A stretch of DNA of 64,000 nucleotides from an uncultured delta proteobacterium. Its GTDB lineage: Bacteria; Myxococcota_A; Polyangia; Palsa-1104. This document shows positions 60,315 through 64,000 of this stretch, piece by piece. The stretch spans positions 96,001 to 160,000 of the forward strand of contig CAWAWS010000022.1 of NCBI GenBank assembly GCA_963785725.1, read 5' to 3'. Position 1 is the stretch's first letter, and each line of letters opens with the position of its first letter. The notes beneath the pieces are model-generated. The model was given only the letters and a program-made list of their open reading frames with translations. It was not told the origin of the DNA and searched no databases. The position numbers were made by a program, and so were the translations under genes.

Positions 60315-60968
60315 TTACGGAAGAATCGTCGCCGACTTGATGTAATCGAGCTTGGCAAACTGTGCCTTCAGGTAGGCGTTCCCCTCGCGCTGAATACGAT
60401 CCTGCGACGGCCCTTTGCCTTCGGGCGCGCCTTCGCCATAGCGCCCTTCGATGGCGTCGACGACTTTCATGCCCTCGACCACCTTGCCGAAGGGCGCAAA
60501 GCCCATCGAATCGAGGCGGCTGTTATTGGCGTAGTTGATGAAGACCTGTGTCGTGCGCATGTCCGGGCCCGCGGTCGCGAACGTGATCATTCCGCGCGTG
60601 TTCGAATGCTTCTCCGACGGATCGTCCTTGATCGTCGCCGACTCCCATTGCCGTGCGATGGTCGGCTCGGCGGGGATTCCGAACTGCACCATGAAGCCTT
60701 TGATGACACGAAAGAAGGCGCTGTCGTCGAAGAAGCCCAGCTTGACGAGGTTGTAGAAGCGATCCGCGCCCACCGGCGCCCAATCGCGGTGCACTTCAAT
60801 CACGAAGTCGCCTTTGGTCGTCACGAACTTCGCTTTGTAGCTCGCGGGCGCCTTCGCCGTCGCCGCCGACGGCTTGAGTGCCGTCGCCCGCTCGTCGCCG
60901 TGCGCCGCGACCGGCGCCCACAGCCCTACGCACAACGCCAACGCACCCACCAGCCGCACAGTCGTCAT
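60315..60968 (-). CDS. Cyclophilin-type peptidyl-prolyl isomerase (exported)
   Basis: TTKGDFVIEV..WAPVGADRF, FFRVIKGFMVQFG, RTTQVFINY, GFAPFG. Confidence 0.95.
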   Translation of the reverse strand: MTTVRLVGALALCVGLWAPVAAHGDERATALKPSAATAKAPASYKAKFVTTKGDFVIEVHRDWAPVGADRFYNLVKLGFFDDSAFFRVIKGFMVQFGIPAEPTIARQWESATIKDDPSEKHSNTRGMITFATAGPDMRTTQVFINYANNSRLDSMGFAPFGKVVEGMKVVDAIEGRYGEGAPEGKGPSQDRIQREGNAYLKAQFAKLDYIKSATILP

Positions 60969-61234
60969 GCCGACAGCATCGACATGCGCGCCTGCGAAGT
61001 AAAGCGCCCTCGCCCAACGTCGTCGGCCTATTTTTGTCGGCGACCTTCGCCGCTGCCGTGACTTCATTGGAAGCCACGGGGAAATCGCCAAAGACTGCCC
61101 GGCCGCGACTAAGCCCGGGGATGTCAATGGTCCTCGTCGGGACGAGCGGCGTGTTGAAGGTCAGATGAGCGATCCCTGCCTGACCATCGGTCATGTGTCT
61201 GTCGCCCACGGAAGCCGCGTCGACAGACACATAA

Positions 61235-61852
61235 TCAGCCGTCTTCGACCGCCGCTTCGCCCGACAGCAGTCGCAAGAGACCGAACGCCAAGACGACCGC
61301 GAACAGCGCCAGCGTCACCGCCCGCGGCGCGAACGGGGCCAACAGCAGATGCTCGAGCACGAGGAGCGCGACCCCGTACGCGAGCCGATGTAGCGGCTTC
61401 CACAGGCGCACGCGCAACCCGCGCACCACCGGCGCAAACGAAGACGCGAGCAGCACGCACAACATGACGAGCGCCACGACCCCGACGCGCAGGTACGAAA
61501 ACGCCAACAGCGCCGCCCAGTCCCACAGCAGATAGCCGCGCATCACGCTCGCCGCATGCAGCAGCGCCAGCACCGCCGCCGCGATGCCGAACGCGCGCCG
61601 AAACGCGGCGACCGAAGGCGCACGGCGCACGCGCTCGGGCGGCTGCAGTCGCCCGAGCAGCCTGCCCACCGGCGTCGCCGACAGCGAGAGCGCGAGCGCG
61701 CCGACCGCCGTCCAGCCCGTGCCGCGCACAAGCCACAAGGCGCGCGCCGCGCTCCACGTGCCGCCGCGCGACCGTGCGAGCTGCGCGACGACGCCGAGCG
61801 CCGCGACGCCGAGCGCGAGCACGACGCCCGCCGCGACGCGCCGCGCGCTCAC
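61235..61852 (-). CDS. MsrQ/YedZ-like heme-b membrane protein
   Basis: TGWTA..LSATP, RRAFGI..LH, WKPLHRLAY..EH; GTGA-coupled to the upstream gene. Confidence 0.8.
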   Translation of the reverse strand: MSARRVAAGVVLALGVAALGVVAQLARSRGGTWSAARALWLVRGTGWTAVGALALSLSATPVGRLLGRLQPPERVRRAPSVAAFRRAFGIAAAVLALLHAASVMRGYLLWDWAALLAFSYLRVGVVALVMLCVLLASSFAPVVRGLRVRLWKPLHRLAYGVALLVLEHLLLAPFAPRAVTLALFAVVLAFGLLRLLSGEAAVEDG

Positions 61853-63999
61853 AGCGACTCCAAAAAGTACACGAGGTCGTCGCGCTCGCCCGCGCTCAGT
61901 GAGGCCGTGTCACCGTGGCGATTCGACGGATTCCACTGCTCGAGGAGCGCGCGCAAGGTCGCCGCCCGCCCGTCGTTCAAGTACGGCGCCGCCCAGCGCA
62001 CCGACAAGAGCGACGGCGTGTCGACGACCGCATCCGCCGGCCGCTCGGCGACGCGATCGGGAAAAATCGACCCCATCGGATGCTGCCCCAGGTTGGTGAA
62101 CGCCGGAAACGCGTGACACGTCGGGCAGCGCGCCTTGACGAACGCGCGCACACCCTCACGCTGGCGCGCGACGTCGCCGCCGGCGCCGAGCGGATTCGGC
62201 AGCCGCGTGAGGCCATCGACGTACGCCTCGAGCGTGCGCGCGCGACTGGGCGCGACGCGCAAAAAGCCGCGATACAGCGTCTGCGACAGATCATCGAGAT
62301 CGCGCACGCGCGGATAGCTGCCGTCGCGCAGGTACGGCGCCGTGCCCGCGACGCCGCGCACGGTCAGCGTCGGCGACAGGCGATGGTCGCCGACATCATG
62401 CAGCGCGCCGTCGCGATCCGCGTGCAGGTGGCAGCTCTGACACGAGAGCCCGGCACGCGTCGCCTCGTAGAAGTCGTGCTCGCCCATGCGCCGCTCGAGC
62501 GCGTCGGGATCGTCGCGCAAGAGCGCATCATCGTCGGGCGTCAGGCGCACGACGGTGCGAATACGACCATCCGCGCCAAAGACGCCGAAGGTGCCGTCCG
62601 GCGGCGAGCTGACGACGAAGCTGCCGTCCGCAAAGCGCGCGATGCCATGCGGCGACGCCAGCGGCAGCTCGTCGAGCGGATAGACGCGCGGGCTCGGCTC
62701 GTCGCCGCGCACGTCCCACACCTCGTCGGTGCCCGCGAACGCGACCAGCAACGCGCCGTCGCTGGCGACATCGATGCCCATCGGCGAGACGCCCTGATCT
62801 AGGTTGCCGGGCTGGCTCTGCCGCGCGCTGCGCCGCGCCGTCAGCCACTGCCGCACGACGCGAAAGCTGCTCACGTCGACGGTCAAGATCTGATCCTGGA
62901 TGAAGTGGTTGCCCGGGTTCGCGTCGCCTTCGGGCTGGTAGTCCGTCGTCGCCACCAGGAGCTGCTTGCCGTCGGGCACGCGCGCCATCGTGACCGCCGG
63001 CCGCCCGAGCAAGAGCGGCACGCCGTCGACGACAAAGCCGCCCGCGCCCGCGCGCAGCCGCAGCAGCTCGGCCGGCCGCCGCGTCGACACGATCAGCGTG
63101 TCGTCGTCGGCGCCGAAGGCGAGCCAATCGGGGCGCACGTCGAGCCCGACGAACGCCTCGACGCGCATGTCGGGCACGGCGACGGTGACGATGCCGCTGC
63201 GCGCGCCGTCGATGGCGATGGCGAGCCGGCGCCCCGACGGCGACACGGCGATGCGCACGGCGAAGCCGCCGATGGTCGTCTTGTGCAGCACGCTGCCGTT
63301 GCCGCTGTCGACGAGCCACAGCGCGTCGTCGAAGCGATGCACGACGGCGACGCGATCGGGCGTGACGAAGGCGCAGTCGGTGGGCGCGTCGCCGACGAGC
63401 GTGCGGCGCGCCAGGCCGCTCGCGTCCACGACCAAGAGCGCGTCCGTCTCTTCGCTCACCGTCGCCGCCAGCCGTCGATCGGGCGACGGTCGCAGCCAAC
63501 GCGGATGCGCCAGCGGACGCACCACCGTCATCGTCCGCTGCACGCTCGTGCCATCGACGAACAGCGTGGCCTCGGTGGGCCCTTCGCCGGCGCGCGGCTC
63601 GCCGTCACGCCGCGGATCGTAGTCGAGCCGGAACAGCCCGGCGCCGAGCGCGACCGCAGCCACCGGCTGCGCGCTCGGGCCGAGGCGCACGCGCACGTCG
63701 CGCGCGCCGCTCGCATACACGTAGAAGCTCTGGGGCTCATTCGTGGCGACGACCGGCGGCGCGATGGTCGGCGTCCACTCGAGGCGCAAATGATCGGCCA
63801 GGTTCTCGCCGAAGCCGAGCAGCGACTCCTCGTACAGCAGCTCGCCGCGGTGTCGCGCGAGCGTGACCATCGGCGGCACGACGAGCAGCGCCAGCAACGC
63901 CAGCGCCTGCCATCGCGACAGCGACATCTCGGCGAGCTGCGGGCGCAGCGCGAACAGCGCGTTCACGAGTAGCCAGCCGGCGCCGTATGCGACCGCCAG
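61849..63999 (-). CDS. Membrane-anchored YncE-like beta-propeller + di-heme c domain (bCcP/MauG-like), 5' partial
   Basis: Frame is open to the window edge; TM segments, propeller blades, SCQSCH and RCPTCH, TAPYLRDG, TPSL..APYLNDG, DLVYFLESL. Confidence 0.85.
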   Translation of the reverse strand: MAVAYGAGWLLVNALFALRPQLAEMSLSRWQALALLALLVVPPMVTLARHRGELLYEESLLGFGENLADHLRLEWTPTIAPPVVATNEPQSFYVYASGARDVRVRLGPSAQPVAAVALGAGLFRLDYDPRRDGEPRAGEGPTEATLFVDGTSVQRTMTVVRPLAHPRWLRPSPDRRLAATVSEETDALLVVDASGLARRTLVGDAPTDCAFVTPDRVAVVHRFDDALWLVDSGNGSVLHKTTIGGFAVRIAVSPSGRRLAIAIDGARSGIVTVAVPDMRVEAFVGLDVRPDWLAFGADDDTLIVSTRRPAELLRLRAGAGGFVVDGVPLLLGRPAVTMARVPDGKQLLVATTDYQPEGDANPGNHFIQDQILTVDVSSFRVVRQWLTARRSARQSQPGNLDQGVSPMGIDVASDGALLVAFAGTDEVWDVRGDEPSPRVYPLDELPLASPHGIARFADGSFVVSSPPDGTFGVFGADGRIRTVVRLTPDDDALLRDDPDALERRMGEHDFYEATRAGLSCQSCHLHADRDGALHDVGDHRLSPTLTVRGVAGTAPYLRDGSYPRVRDLDDLSQTLYRGFLRVAPSRARTLEAYVDGLTRLPNPLGAGGDVARQREGVRAFVKARCPTCHAFPAFTNLGQHPMGSIFPDRVAERPADAVVDTPSLLSVRWAAPYLNDGRAATLRALLEQWNPSNRHGDTASLSAGERDDLVYFLESL

Positions 64000-64000
64000 C

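Noticed and set aside
60111..61061. 316-aa plus-strand ORF
   Set aside because: Antisense shadow of the cyclophilin gene.

Overview
High-GC bacterial DNA. The gene content (Cys-rich lipoproteins, several ECF sigma factors, a TPR-CHAT protein, many sigma54-type promoters) suggests a Myxococcota-like genome; this is inference. From left to right: an SphA-like outer-membrane protein, a GH15 hydrolase, an internally deleted phospholipase D, an AsmA/TamB-like protein, an AI-2E transporter, a P-type ATPase and a two-component cluster (11-18 kb); a three-ECF-sigma / anti-sigma / TPR-CHAT caspase-like protease module (19-25 kb); a potassium-uptake island (about 29.5-45.7 kb) with kup, a small peptide + kdpFABC, a split KdpD and two paralogous porin + 9-Cys lipoprotein modules bracketing the kdp genes; TetR and a Rieske oxygenase with a palindromic operator; a cobalamin riboswitch-BtuB-beta-propeller lipoprotein locus; a lower-GC keto-acid decarboxylase; and, at the right edge, a membrane-anchored beta-propeller/di-heme cytochrome coupled to an MsrQ-like gene. 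In the K+ island most transcription units carry a sigma54 -24/-12 motif, and most of these also have a shared YTGCA-N3-TGCAR palindrome. The best candidates for an undescribed system are the sigma54-wired K+ island with its duplicated porin/Cys-lipoprotein pairs, the ECF/anti-sigma/CHAT module, and the di-heme + MsrQ pair. Several small insertions in kdpA, kdpB and btuB look like sequencing errors. No rRNA, tRNA, CRISPR array or transposase was seen.
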